A stretch of 64,000 bases of DNA from Solirubrobacterales bacterium (GCA_051306195.1 JBPPMT010000105.1:56858-120857), one strand, 5' to 3'. Positions 46,076 through 55,166 are shown, numbered from the stretch's first letter. Numbers and translations: made by a program. The notes: generated by a model not told the origin, from the letters alone.

Positions 46076-46723
46076 ATGTCAACCGAATCGATAGAGCAAT
46101 CAATTGGATTGCGGGAGCGAAAGAAGGAGCAGACCCGGGCGAACATCGTCCGAGTCGCCCTCGACCTTTTTGCTCGTGATGGCTACCACGACACCACGAT
46201 AGCCCAGATCGCTGATGCCGCAGACGTGTCCCCACGGACAGTTTCCACCTACTTTCCGGCCAAAGAAGAGATCGTTTTCCACGTCAGCGTCGAGTCCAAG
46301 GACCGCCTTGCGGCCAGCATCCGGGAGCGCCCCGAAGGGCAGAACACGATGGAGGCGCTGCGCCTCTGGGTGCTGACCGAGCGCGAGGACTGGAGCGACA
46401 ACGAAGAGCAGCTGAACTGTCAGCGCCAGATCATTGACGGGGACGAGAGCCTGGTCGCATTCGAGCGGGCCAAACTTCGTGAGTTCGAACTGCTGATCGC
46501 CGAAGGGCTGGCAGTCGACCTCGACATGGAACCCGGCGACCTCGAGCCGCGAATGGCCGCTGCCGCCGCGGTTGCCGTCTTTGACCTGCTGAGCGACGAG
46601 CGAGATTCGATGAAAGCCGAGATCCCCTCGCTGGACGACCAGCTCGGGATCCTCGACCAGGCGCTCACCTTCATCACCGGTGGCGTCCTTGCGATGCGTG
46701 AAGCACGCGCCATCAGGGACTGA
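46076..46723 (+). CDS. TetR/AcrR-family transcriptional regulator
   Basis: 215 aa from ATG 46076 (alternative TTG 46058). HTH region RERKKEQTRANIVRVALDLFARDGYHDTTIAQIADAADVSPRTVSTYF. Confidence 0.88.
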   Translation: MSTESIEQSIGLRERKKEQTRANIVRVALDLFARDGYHDTTIAQIADAADVSPRTVSTYFPAKEEIVFHVSVESKDRLAASIRERPEGQNTMEALRLWVLTEREDWSDNEEQLNCQRQIIDGDESLVAFERAKLREFELLIAEGLAVDLDMEPGDLEPRMAAAAAVAVFDLLSDERDSMKAEIPSLDDQLGILDQALTFITGGVLAMREARAIRD

Positions 46724-46736
46724 CTCACCTTAAAGC

Positions 46737-46765
46737 GAAAAGCCCCGGCCGGGACCGGGGCTTTT
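46737..46765. terminator. bidirectional intrinsic terminator
   Basis: AAAA-GCCCCGG-ccggga-CCGGGGC-TTTT, between convergent genes. Confidence 0.8.
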
Positions 46766-46787
46766 CGGTGGGACTTCTGTGGCAGTT

Positions 46788-47321
46788 CTAGTACTTGCCG
46801 GGGTGACGTGCCGAGAAGCTGCCCGACGTCGACTGGAGGCTCTTGCTCCAGCGGGGGCCGTTCCCGGTGGTCGCAGCCGTGTCGAACCGGAGGCCGGCGA
46901 TCACGATGTAAGCGTGGCTCGGGTTCGAGTAGACGGTGATCCAATTGCCCTTGCCGCGCTTGGCCCAGTTCATGAAGCCGGTCGAAGCCATGGGGCTCGA
47001 CAGGAACTTGCCGCCGCGAAGCGCGTAACTCACCGCTCCGGAGCAGTCGTAACCGCTGTCATTGAAGCTGCCGTGGCCGCCACCGTAGATATAAGGCTTC
47101 TTGCGGATACGATTCGCGTACTTGATGACGCGCTTGACCCTGGTGGGGGCCGACTCGGGAGCAATCGCCTTGCCGTTGACCAGCTTGGCCTTCCGGATCG
47201 GCTTGCAGTCTTCGCCCTTCATGGAGAGTCCGCCACTGGAAGTGCTCGCGCAGGAAGCCGCGGCGCTGCCGAGTCCGACCAGTCCGGTCGCCAGCAGGGC
47301 GAGGCCCAGGCCTAGTGCCAC
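46788..47321 (-). CDS. secreted NlpC/P60-like (C40) cell-wall hydrolase
   Basis: 177 aa. Hydrophobic signal sequence, then YIYGGGHGSFNDSGYDCSGAVSYAL (catalytic Cys) and HAYIVIAG (His). The true start may lie upstream, up to 47375 (see findings). Confidence 0.72.
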   Translation of the reverse strand: MALGLGLALLATGLVGLGSAAASCASTSSGGLSMKGEDCKPIRKAKLVNGKAIAPESAPTRVKRVIKYANRIRKKPYIYGGGHGSFNDSGYDCSGAVSYALRGGKFLSSPMASTGFMNWAKRGKGNWITVYSNPSHAYIVIAGLRFDTAATTGNGPRWSKSLQSTSGSFSARHPGKY

Positions 47322-47388
47322 GAAGATGGAAAGACTCGAAGATGTAATTCGGTTGTGCTGCTTGAACGTGTAGATACCGGTCTCCTTT

Positions 47389-47514
47389 TCGGCCTACGGG
47401 GTTAGCTGACGGGCTGGCGCTAAAGAAGTGCGCCCTCACCTGAAAGAAGTGAGTGAGCCCCAAAAACCTGGTTCCCCCGTTTCCCGGACCTTGCGGCACC
47501 GGGAACTCGGCAAC
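47389..47514 (-). promoter_or_regulatory. ydaO/yuaA-type cyclic-di-AMP riboswitch
   Basis: The minus-strand RNA reads ...UUCCCGG-ugccgcaaggu-CCGGGAA-ACGGGGGAACCA...GGGGCUCACUC...CCAGCCCGUCAGCUAACCCCGUAGGCCG. The 3' block matches the conserved CCGACAGCUAACCUCGUAAGCG core, and an ACGGGGGAACC box is present. The SD AAGGAGA follows immediately. Confidence 0.72.
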
Positions 47515-47562
47515 GGTTGAATGACTTCATGGAGTGTAGATGAAATGCTAATACAACGCTCA

Positions 47563-47599
47563 TAAAACGGACCGAGGGGCGAAGTTGCGGCCCTTTCGG
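47563..47599 (-). terminator. putative intrinsic terminator of the upstream methyltransferase gene
   Basis: On the minus strand, CCGAAAGGGC...GCCCCUCGG is followed by UCCGUUUUA. Confidence 0.5.
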
Positions 47600-47626
47600 A
47601 GTGTATTTCCGGCTTCGGGTCCCGGT

Positions 47627-48268
47627 TCAGGCCGAAGTGTGAGGTCTCGCACATCCGATCACATGGGGGTTCGTATGCCCCCAGCGAAGGCCGATCGGCA
47701 TGCCTTTGAGTTCGGTGACATCGAACCCCGCGGACTCGATATTTCTGACCGTATCCCGGCCGCAATGGCAGCCACCGGCGATTCCGGGCCAGATTCCCGA
47801 GTTGTCGAGCAATCTCTGAACCTTCGACTTCACGGGCTTTGAAGATCCGACGTGCTCGAAGAAGTGGAGTTGCCCTCCCGGCTTGAGGACCCGGTTGGCT
47901 TCACGAAGCGAAGCGACCGGATCGTCGATCGAACAGAGCACCATGCAGTCGACCACATGGTCGAAAGAGTCATCTTCGAAAGGCAGGGCAGCGGCGCTGC
48001 CGTCGACGATTGTGATTTCGGGCGTTGCGGAGCCGATCGCTTCCCTGGCCTTTGCCCGCATGTACGGCTCAGGCTCGAGCGCGACCACCTCGGTGACATT
48101 TTCACCGTAGTGAGAGAAGTTCATGCCGTTCCCGGCTCCGACTTCCAGCACCCGACCGGTAAGCCCCGCCACCAGCTCCGCCCGGTAGGGCCCGAGCTCG
48201 GGCTCCATGACCGAACTGAACCAGGTGAAGAAGCGGGCAAACAGGGGATGGTTGACATCTGTGGCCAC
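47627..48268 (-). CDS. class I SAM-dependent methyltransferase (Methyltransf_11 type)
   Basis: 213 aa with VLEVGAGNGMN motif I and the block LKPGGQLHFFEH. Confidence 0.85.
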   Translation of the reverse strand: MATDVNHPLFARFFTWFSSVMEPELGPYRAELVAGLTGRVLEVGAGNGMNFSHYGENVTEVVALEPEPYMRAKAREAIGSATPEITIVDGSAAALPFEDDSFDHVVDCMVLCSIDDPVASLREANRVLKPGGQLHFFEHVGSSKPVKSKVQRLLDNSGIWPGIAGGCHCGRDTVRNIESAGFDVTELKGMPIGLRWGHTNPHVIGCARPHTSA

Positions 48269-48302
48269 CGGTGGATCCTACGCGCTGCACTAGGATGGCC
48301 CC

Positions 48303-48980
48303 ATGGGAGAAGCGATAGGAGAAGTCCTGCCATTTGCCGTAGGCGTGGCTCTCAGCCCGATCACGATCATCGCCGTTGTGGTGATCCTGGCCACGCCGAA
48401 GGCGAAGATCAACGGTCCGGCGTTTCTCATCGGCGGTGTGCTGGGCATGGCCGTTGTCGGCATTGTTCTCCTGCAGCTTTCAGGCGCCATGGATATGGGC
48501 GAAAGCGGAGATCCTTCGACCCGTTCGAGCTACATCAAGCTCGGACTCGGCATCATTCTGGTCGGGGTTGCCCTCCGCCGACTCCGTGCCCGCATCTCTG
48601 GCGGCGGAAGCGAAGAGCTTCCTGGATGGATCAAGACCCTTGATGATTTCAGCGCCATCAAGGTAGCTGGACTGGCAGCCCTGCTCGCCGGGGTGAACCC
48701 CAAGAACCTGCTGCTGATCGCGGCTGCGGTAATGGCAATCTCCCAATCCGGAGTTTCGGCCGAGGACGAAGCCACTGCGCTGGCCGTGTTCGTTGCCATC
48801 GGCTCCATCGGCATTGCGATCCCGGTCGGGATCTACTTCCTCATGCGGGACCGCGCTGAATCGCTGCTTGGGGCGCTGCGGAGCTGGATGACGAAGGAGA
48901 GCAATACGATAGTCGCGGTCATCTGCCTGCTGATAGCGGCGAAGCTGATCGGCGACGCGATCATGGGTCTCTCCGGCTGA
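48303..48980 (+). CDS. GAP-family (Sap/DUF2910-like) membrane protein
   Basis: 225 aa, multi-TM. The N-terminus LPFAVGVALSPITIIAVVVILATPKAKINGPAFLIGGVLG resembles the GAP family (recalled from memory). Confidence 0.65.
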   Translation: MGEAIGEVLPFAVGVALSPITIIAVVVILATPKAKINGPAFLIGGVLGMAVVGIVLLQLSGAMDMGESGDPSTRSSYIKLGLGIILVGVALRRLRARISGGGSEELPGWIKTLDDFSAIKVAGLAALLAGVNPKNLLLIAAAVMAISQSGVSAEDEATALAVFVAIGSIGIAIPVGIYFLMRDRAESLLGALRSWMTKESNTIVAVICLLIAAKLIGDAIMGLSG

Positions 48981-48994
48981 TCGGCATTCCGGAC

Positions 48995-50611
48995 TCAGAC
49001 CATGTGGTCGAGAGTCAGGTGTGGCTTGTCCCGCGCCAGACGGTCGTGCTGGAACTGGCTCGTAAAGAGAGCGAAGAGCACGCCGTCGCTGCGGGTGCGT
49101 AATTCGGCCAGACGGCCTTGCCGCATCTCCTGGGCGCTTTCTTCGTCGGTGCGTCGGGCGAGCTTCCAGTCGGTCTCGTCGACGTTCACCTGGACGTTGA
49201 ACTCGGTTTCCATGCGCTCGGTTGCGACTTCGAACTGAAGCCGCCCGACTCCGCCGAGGATCGGCATCGGGTCACGACCACCGTCCTGGGTGAGCACGTG
49301 GATGACGCCTTCTTCGGCCAGTTGCGCCAGCGCCCGGTTGAACTGTTTGTGTTTGCGCGCATCGGCGTTCCTGACCCGGATGAACTGTTCCGGGGCCAGG
49401 GTCGGCAGCGGCGGGTAGCGGAGTTCCGCTCCCTGAAATACCGTGTCACCGACTTGGAGGTCGGCTGCGCCGACTACACCGACGATGTCCCCGGGGAAGG
49501 CTTCTTCGATTGTCTCCCGCTGGCGTCCGAATGTCCCCGAGGCGTAGTTCAGGGACAGCGGCCGGCCGGTGCGGGCGTTGATCACTTTCATTCCCCGGGT
49601 GAACTTTCCGGAGCAGATCCGGATGAAGGCGTTCCGGTCCCGGTGGCGGGGGTCCATGTTTGCCTGGACTTTGAAAATCAGGCCGGAGAAGTCGTCCTCC
49701 AGAGGCCGCTCCGAGCCACTGATGTCAACCCGCGGCGACGGTGGCGGAGCCAACTCGATGATCGTGTCGAGAAGAAGTTCTACGCCGAAGTTGGTCAAGG
49801 CGGATCCGAACAGGACCGGGGTGGAGATTCCTTCGGCAACCGCACCGGCGTCAAATTCGTGTCCGGCACCTTCGAGCAGCCCGAGCTCGTCGGTGGCCGT
49901 CTTCCAGGCCGGTGAATCGGATTCTTTCGCTTCGTCGAGATCGACGATCGACTCCGATGCGGCGGCCAGACCACCGGGGGCCGCTCTCTCGAACTCGTGG
50001 AAGTTCCCTTCCCGCAGATCGACGATTCCCTTGAGGTCACCGGGCTCACCGACCGGCCAGGTCAGCGCGGTTGGCAGCAGGTCGAGGGTGGACTCGATGT
50101 GGTCGAGCAGCTCCAGCGGTTCGATTCCCGGCCGATCGCATTTGTTGATGAACGTAATCAGGGGAATGCCGCGGCTTCTTGCGACTTCGAAGAGGCGAAG
50201 CGTCTGGCTCTCGATTCCCTTGGCGGCATCAATCAGGATCACTGCGCTGTCTACCGCCGACATCACGCGAAGCGTGTCTTCGGAGAAGTCGCTGTGTCCG
50301 GGGGTGTCGAGCAGGTTTATGACCGTGCCTTTGTGCTCGAAACGCAGAACGGTGGAAGAGACCGAGATGCCACGGCGCTGTTCGAGTTCCATCCAGTCGG
50401 AAGTCGTCGCCTTACGCTTTTGCCGACCCTGGACCGACCCGGCTTCGTTCAGCGCCTCTCCGTAGAGCAGGAGCTTTTCCGTGAGCGTCGTCTTGCCGGC
50501 GTCCGGATGGGAAATGATCGCGAACGTACGACGCCGTCCCGCCTCCTGAAGGATCGGATCAGCCGCCGGACTCGTACTTCCGGCTTTGATTGGGGAACTT
50601 GGTGCGGCCAC
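48995..50611 (-). CDS. prfC: peptide chain release factor 3
   Basis: 538 aa with translational GTPase motifs RRTFAIISHPDAGKTTLTEKLLL, DTPGH and NKCD, over the full RF3 length. Confidence 0.95.
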   Translation of the reverse strand: MAAPSSPIKAGSTSPAADPILQEAGRRRTFAIISHPDAGKTTLTEKLLLYGEALNEAGSVQGRQKRKATTSDWMELEQRRGISVSSTVLRFEHKGTVINLLDTPGHSDFSEDTLRVMSAVDSAVILIDAAKGIESQTLRLFEVARSRGIPLITFINKCDRPGIEPLELLDHIESTLDLLPTALTWPVGEPGDLKGIVDLREGNFHEFERAAPGGLAAASESIVDLDEAKESDSPAWKTATDELGLLEGAGHEFDAGAVAEGISTPVLFGSALTNFGVELLLDTIIELAPPPSPRVDISGSERPLEDDFSGLIFKVQANMDPRHRDRNAFIRICSGKFTRGMKVINARTGRPLSLNYASGTFGRQRETIEEAFPGDIVGVVGAADLQVGDTVFQGAELRYPPLPTLAPEQFIRVRNADARKHKQFNRALAQLAEEGVIHVLTQDGGRDPMPILGGVGRLQFEVATERMETEFNVQVNVDETDWKLARRTDEESAQEMRQGRLAELRTRSDGVLFALFTSQFQHDRLARDKPHLTLDHMV

Positions 50612-50634
50612 GACCCTTCAGAGTAGTCGGTAAC

Positions 50635-51423
50635 TCAGTCGATCAGGCGCTGGGAAAGCTGGCGGATGCCGATTCGCCACATGATCAGGGCGAAGACGAT
50701 CAGCGCAAGTAGCCGAAGGAAGTCGACTGATTCAAAACCGAATGAGGCTCCGCGGACCAGTTCGACCAGCTGATAGAGCGGATTGAACTGGGCGGCGATC
50801 TGGAAGCCTTCGGGCAGCTGGTTGATCGGGAAGAAGGTTCCAGCGACCAGGAAGAGAGGAGTTATTACCACCGTCGTCACGTAGTTGAACTGGTCGATCT
50901 TGGAAACGGTACCGGCGACCGCGATGCCGAAGCCGGCGAATCCGCAGGCGGTCACGAAGCCGAAGAAGGGGATTAGCAACATGCCCCAGGTCGGGTCGAG
51001 TCCGAACGCAAAGCAAACGATGATCGGGAAACAGCCAAAGAGGCCGGCCCGGAGGGCGAGCCAGAGCATCTCCGCCGTGACCAGCTCCTCGACATCGACC
51101 GGTGCGGCAAGGATCGCGTCGTAGGTTCTCTGGAACCGGTGCTTGACGAAGGTGCCGAACATCGCCGGCAGCGCGCTGGCGAAAATGACAGCGGTCGCCA
51201 CCATTCCGGTTCCCACGAACTCGATGTAATCGATGCCTTCGACGTTCGTGACGATTGTCGTGCCGAGTCCGAGTCCGAAAGCAAGCAGGTAGATGGTTGG
51301 CTCCAGCAGGCTGGAGAAAGTGGTCGCCTTCCAGAAGGTGCGGAAGTTTGCGACCTCGCGACTCATCACTCCGGCGATCGCCGCAGGTTCCAGCCGCCGC
51401 ATCCTGTCGGGGTCCTTACTCAT
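50635..51423 (-). CDS. ABC-2 type transporter permease
   Basis: 262 aa with six TM spans. 4-nt overlap with the ATPase gene. Confidence 0.85.
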   Translation of the reverse strand: MSKDPDRMRRLEPAAIAGVMSREVANFRTFWKATTFSSLLEPTIYLLAFGLGLGTTIVTNVEGIDYIEFVGTGMVATAVIFASALPAMFGTFVKHRFQRTYDAILAAPVDVEELVTAEMLWLALRAGLFGCFPIIVCFAFGLDPTWGMLLIPFFGFVTACGFAGFGIAVAGTVSKIDQFNYVTTVVITPLFLVAGTFFPINQLPEGFQIAAQFNPLYQLVELVRGASFGFESVDFLRLLALIVFALIMWRIGIRQLSQRLID

Positions 51424-52331
51424 TCGGCCTCTTCCCCTGTCAGGAGGACAAAGACGTCCTCGAGCGATGCGGCCCGCCAGACTGCTTCTTCGGGAATGAA
51501 CGAATGCCGGTCGCGATCCGCACCGACCAGCGCAACGGCTGGTCCCGCGGGGCGGGAGCGAAGGCCTTCGGCGTCTGCCTGGGCGCGAACCTCGGACAGA
51601 CGGTCCGGCGGGCCGTAGACCTCCGCGGTCAGCACTCCGGCGTGTTCGGCAACGAGGTCACCCGGCTTGCCGCGCGCGATGATCTTTCCGTGCGCCATCA
51701 CGGCGATGTCGTCGGCCAGGCGTTCGGCTTCTTCGATGTAGTGGGTGGACATCAGCACTGTCTTGCCCCGACTCCGGAGATCGTCGATCAGGGTCCACAT
51801 CTGCGTGCGGATCTGGGGATCGAGGCCAACCGTAGGTTCGTCGAGCAGGATCAGGTCCGGATCATGGATCAGGCCCCGCGCCAGCAGCATTCGGCGGCGC
51901 ATTCCGCCGGAGAGTTCGTCAACCGCGTCCTTTCGCCGGTCGATCAGCTTGGCCAGGTCAAGTGCCCGGTCGACAGCCGCGGGGAGGTCCTTCACCCTGT
52001 ACAGACGCGCCGAGACCTTGAGGTTCTCTTCGACCGTGACGTCGACGTCGAGGTTGTCGAGCTGCGGGACTACGCCCATGTTGGCCCTTGCGACTTTGCT
52101 GCGCTTGGGCAACTCGTACCCGAGTACCTCGAGCGATCCGGAATCGGCGATCGCCTGACCGGTGAGCAGCCGCATCGTGGTCGACTTGCCGGCGCCGTTC
52201 GGCCCGAGCAGTCCGAGGCAGGTCCCGGCGGGTACTTCAAGATTCAACCCGTCCACCGCGGTGATCGATCCGAATGTCTTGACCACATCTTTCAATCTGA
52301 TCGGGCAATCGGTGGCTGGCTCCGGCGGCAT
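51420..52331 (-). CDS. ABC transporter ATP-binding protein (DrrA/NodI-like)
   Basis: 303 aa. Walker A GPNGAGKST, signature LSGGMRRR and Walker B LILLDEP. Confidence 0.92.
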   Translation of the reverse strand: MPPEPATDCPIRLKDVVKTFGSITAVDGLNLEVPAGTCLGLLGPNGAGKSTTMRLLTGQAIADSGSLEVLGYELPKRSKVARANMGVVPQLDNLDVDVTVEENLKVSARLYRVKDLPAAVDRALDLAKLIDRRKDAVDELSGGMRRRMLLARGLIHDPDLILLDEPTVGLDPQIRTQMWTLIDDLRSRGKTVLMSTHYIEEAERLADDIAVMAHGKIIARGKPGDLVAEHAGVLTAEVYGPPDRLSEVRAQADAEGLRSRPAGPAVALVGADRDRHSFIPEEAVWRAASLEDVFVLLTGEEAE

Positions 52332-52343
52332 AGAGTCAGAGTA

Positions 52344-54026
52344 ATGGGGTCCGTCCTTTTTCCATCCCTTCGTGGCTACCGCAAGGAGTGGGTACGAAGT
52401 GACCTGATCGCCGGGCTCACGGTCTGGGCGGTACTGGTTCCGGAATCGCTCGCCTACGCCTCGATCGCCGGTGTTTCCCCGGTGGTCGGCCTCTACGCAG
52501 CGCCGGCGGCACTCATCTTCTACGCGGCTTTCGGCAGTTCCCGCCAGCTGATCGTCGGTCCGGGCTCGGCAACGGCCGCCCTCTCCGCGGCGACGATCGG
52601 CGACATGGTCGCGCCCGGGTCCGGCTTCTTCCTGGCCCTGACCACGACGCTTGCAGTCACAACCGGAGTGGTTGCCCTCCTGGCCGGGCTGCTGCGACTG
52701 GGCTTCCTCGCAAGTTTCATCTCCGACCCGGTGATCAAGGGCTTCATCGTCGGGCTGGCACTGACCATCATCATCGGCCAGGTGCCGGGCCTGCTTGGCA
52801 TGGAGGGGGGATCCGGAGACTTCTTCGAGAAGCTCTGGGCGGTGCTGTCCGAACTCTCGACCGTCGACGGCCTGACCACCCTGATCGGCCTGGCGTCGCT
52901 TGCCCTCATCCTGGTCGCGAAGCGGGTGTCAAAAGCACTCCCGGGATCGTTGATCGTCGCCCTCGCGGCGATCGCGCTGGTCTCGGCATTCGGGCTGAAC
53001 GATGAGGGTGTTGCGATCGTCGGAACCATCGATACGGGGCTACCTGCTTTCGGCGTGCCTCAGGTCCCTTCGGAAAACTGGGATGAACTGGCCCTCGGTG
53101 GCATGGGCGTGATGCTGATCGCCTTTGCCGAGGGTCTGGGTGCGGCCAAGACCTTCGCTGCGAAGGAGCACCAGCTGGTCGACCCCAACAAGGAACTGAT
53201 CGGACTTGGAGCGGCAAGCACCGCAGCCGGCCTGACCGGCGGCATGGCCGTGAACGGGAGCCTCTCGAAGTCCGCGGTGAACGCTGACTCCGGTGGTAAG
53301 TCTCAGGCGGCTGGCCTGTTCGTCGCAGTACTGACCATCCTCACCATCCTGTTCCTGACCGGAGTGTTCGAGGACCTTCCGGAGGCCACTCTCTCGGCGA
53401 TCGTGATTGCTGCAGTGATCGAGCTCGTGGACTTCCCGGCGCTGGTCAAGCTCTTCCGGGTTCCCGGGAGGCGCGCCGTCGCCCATTTCGGAGTTGCCGC
53501 CCGCCCGGACTTCATCGCCGCCGTCGCCGCCATGTTCGGCGTGTTGATCTTCGACACCCTTCCGGGGCTGATCATCGGAGTAATCGTCTCGATCCTGCTG
53601 CTCGTCTATCGCACCTCGAAACCGAACATCGCGGTGCTCGGCAGGTCTCCGGGCGACGACGGCCAGTTCAACGACCTGAAGCGGCACAAGCTGAACCGTC
53701 CCGTACCTGGCATTTGTGTGTTGAGGGTTGAAGGGGGCCTCTTCTTCGCGAATGCCGATGCAGTCGCGGCGAAGATCAGGGAGTGCGGTTCGCAGTCGGG
53801 GATTCACGCGGTGGTCATCGATGCGGAGACCGTCCCGTTCATCGACGTCACCGCGATGCATGCCCTGAACGACCTCTCGGACGAGTTTGCCGAGGAAGGA
53901 AAGAGCCTCGTCATGGCGCGGAACCTGGGAGCTGTCCGGGACGAGTTGAAGAGGGAGAGCCCGAATCAGGGCTGGAGGACCTTTCCTGACGTGGGCGCGG
54001 CCGTGAAAGCGCTGTCGGGGGACTAG
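52344..54026 (+). CDS. SulP-family anion permease with C-terminal STAS domain
   Basis: 560 aa from ATG 52344. Contains DLIAGLTVWAVLVPESLAYASIAGVSPVVGLY and a STAS tail. The first 363 codons of the 923-aa ORF are antisense to the ABC ATPase. Confidence 0.92.
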   Translation: MGSVLFPSLRGYRKEWVRSDLIAGLTVWAVLVPESLAYASIAGVSPVVGLYAAPAALIFYAAFGSSRQLIVGPGSATAALSAATIGDMVAPGSGFFLALTTTLAVTTGVVALLAGLLRLGFLASFISDPVIKGFIVGLALTIIIGQVPGLLGMEGGSGDFFEKLWAVLSELSTVDGLTTLIGLASLALILVAKRVSKALPGSLIVALAAIALVSAFGLNDEGVAIVGTIDTGLPAFGVPQVPSENWDELALGGMGVMLIAFAEGLGAAKTFAAKEHQLVDPNKELIGLGAASTAAGLTGGMAVNGSLSKSAVNADSGGKSQAAGLFVAVLTILTILFLTGVFEDLPEATLSAIVIAAVIELVDFPALVKLFRVPGRRAVAHFGVAARPDFIAAVAAMFGVLIFDTLPGLIIGVIVSILLLVYRTSKPNIAVLGRSPGDDGQFNDLKRHKLNRPVPGICVLRVEGGLFFANADAVAAKIRECGSQSGIHAVVIDAETVPFIDVTAMHALNDLSDEFAEEGKSLVMARNLGAVRDELKRESPNQGWRTFPDVGAAVKALSGD

Positions 54027-54084
54027 TAGCTGGGGTAAGCTCGGCATGAATATGTCCACCCAACAGTCAGATGGAGGAGTGAGG

Positions 54085-54450
54085 ATGAACGTCACCGGAG
54101 TCGACTTCACGATCGTGCCGATTCAGGATTTCGAGAGGGCCAAGGAGTTTTACGGAGAGGTGCTGGGCCTCGAGAAGTCGAAGCAGTGGGGCGAAATGCC
54201 CGCGCAGGAATTCGAGACCGGAAGTCTCACGATCGCCCTGATGCAGCCGGACGCCTTTGGCCAGACGTTTGCCCCGCACAACTTCCCGATTGCCCTTCAT
54301 GTCGACGACGTCGCCGAAGCCCGCGCCGAACTCGAGAGCAAAGGCGTCAGCTTCGTGGCCGATACGATCGACTCCGGGGTCTGCCACATGGCGATCTTCA
54401 GTGATCCCGAGGGAAACGCCCTGATGCTGCACAGCCGTTACGCCGACTGA
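54085..54450 (+). CDS. VOC-family (glyoxalase/bleomycin-resistance/dioxygenase fold) protein
   Basis: 121 aa from ATG 54085, preceded by a strong SD (GGAGGAGTGAGG), with a typical VOC beta-alpha-beta-beta-beta pattern. Confidence 0.8.
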   Translation: MNVTGVDFTIVPIQDFERAKEFYGEVLGLEKSKQWGEMPAQEFETGSLTIALMQPDAFGQTFAPHNFPIALHVDDVAEARAELESKGVSFVADTIDSGVCHMAIFSDPEGNALMLHSRYAD

Positions 54451-54461
54451 GGCCGCGCAAC

Positions 54462-55145
54462 ATGCCTGAACTCCTCACCTACGGCCTCGAAGGTCGTCTA
54501 GCGACGATCGCCATGGACGACGGAAAGGTGAACGCGCTTTCCATTGAGATGTTGACTGAACTCCACTCGGCCTTCGACCAGGCAGAGAAGGACGAAGCGA
54601 TCATCGTGCTGAAGGGCCGCGAGAAGTACTTCTCGGCCGGCTTCGACCTCAAGGTGTTCGCCGAGACTCCGGAGCGGCTGGGCGAGATGATCGGCCTCGG
54701 AGCAACGCTCTGCGAGCGGGTTCTGGCATTCCCGACGCCGGTGATCACGGTCTGCACGGGCCATGCGCTGGCCGCCGGCACCTTTGTTCCGATGAGCGCC
54801 GACTACCGGATCGGCCTCGACGGACCTTTCAAGTACGGGCTGAACGAGGTGAAGATCGGCCTGACGGTGCCGTTGTTCGTCCAGGAGCTGGCCCGTCAGC
54901 GACTGACCCCGGCTGAACTGAGCCGGGCAACGATCACCGCCAGGACGTACTCGCCCCGGGAAGCCGTAATGGCCGGCTTCATCGACGAGGCGGTGCCCGC
55001 GGAAGAGTTCGAGTCAGCTATCGCCGTGGCGGTAGAAGAGATGGCCAGCCTGGACCCGGCCGCACACGCGGCCACCAAGCTGAGGGTCAGGGCAGGGGCG
55101 ATCAAGTCGGTCCGTGAGGCGATCGAAGTTGAGATGAGGGGCTGA
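54462..55145 (+). CDS. enoyl-CoA hydratase/isomerase (crotonase) family protein
   Basis: 227 aa with the crotonase oxyanion region FSAGFDLK and G.ALAAG. Confidence 0.85.
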   Translation: MPELLTYGLEGRLATIAMDDGKVNALSIEMLTELHSAFDQAEKDEAIIVLKGREKYFSAGFDLKVFAETPERLGEMIGLGATLCERVLAFPTPVITVCTGHALAAGTFVPMSADYRIGLDGPFKYGLNEVKIGLTVPLFVQELARQRLTPAELSRATITARTYSPREAVMAGFIDEAVPAEEFESAIAVAVEEMASLDPAAHAATKLRVRAGAIKSVREAIEVEMRG

Positions 55146-55166
55146 GGAGTCAGAACTATCGATCCT

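Noticed and set aside
51255-52343. N-terminal 363 codons of the 923-aa ORF 51255-54026.
   Set aside because: It is antisense to the ABC ATPase and permease genes. The SulP homology begins at MGSVLFPSLRGY (ATG 52344).
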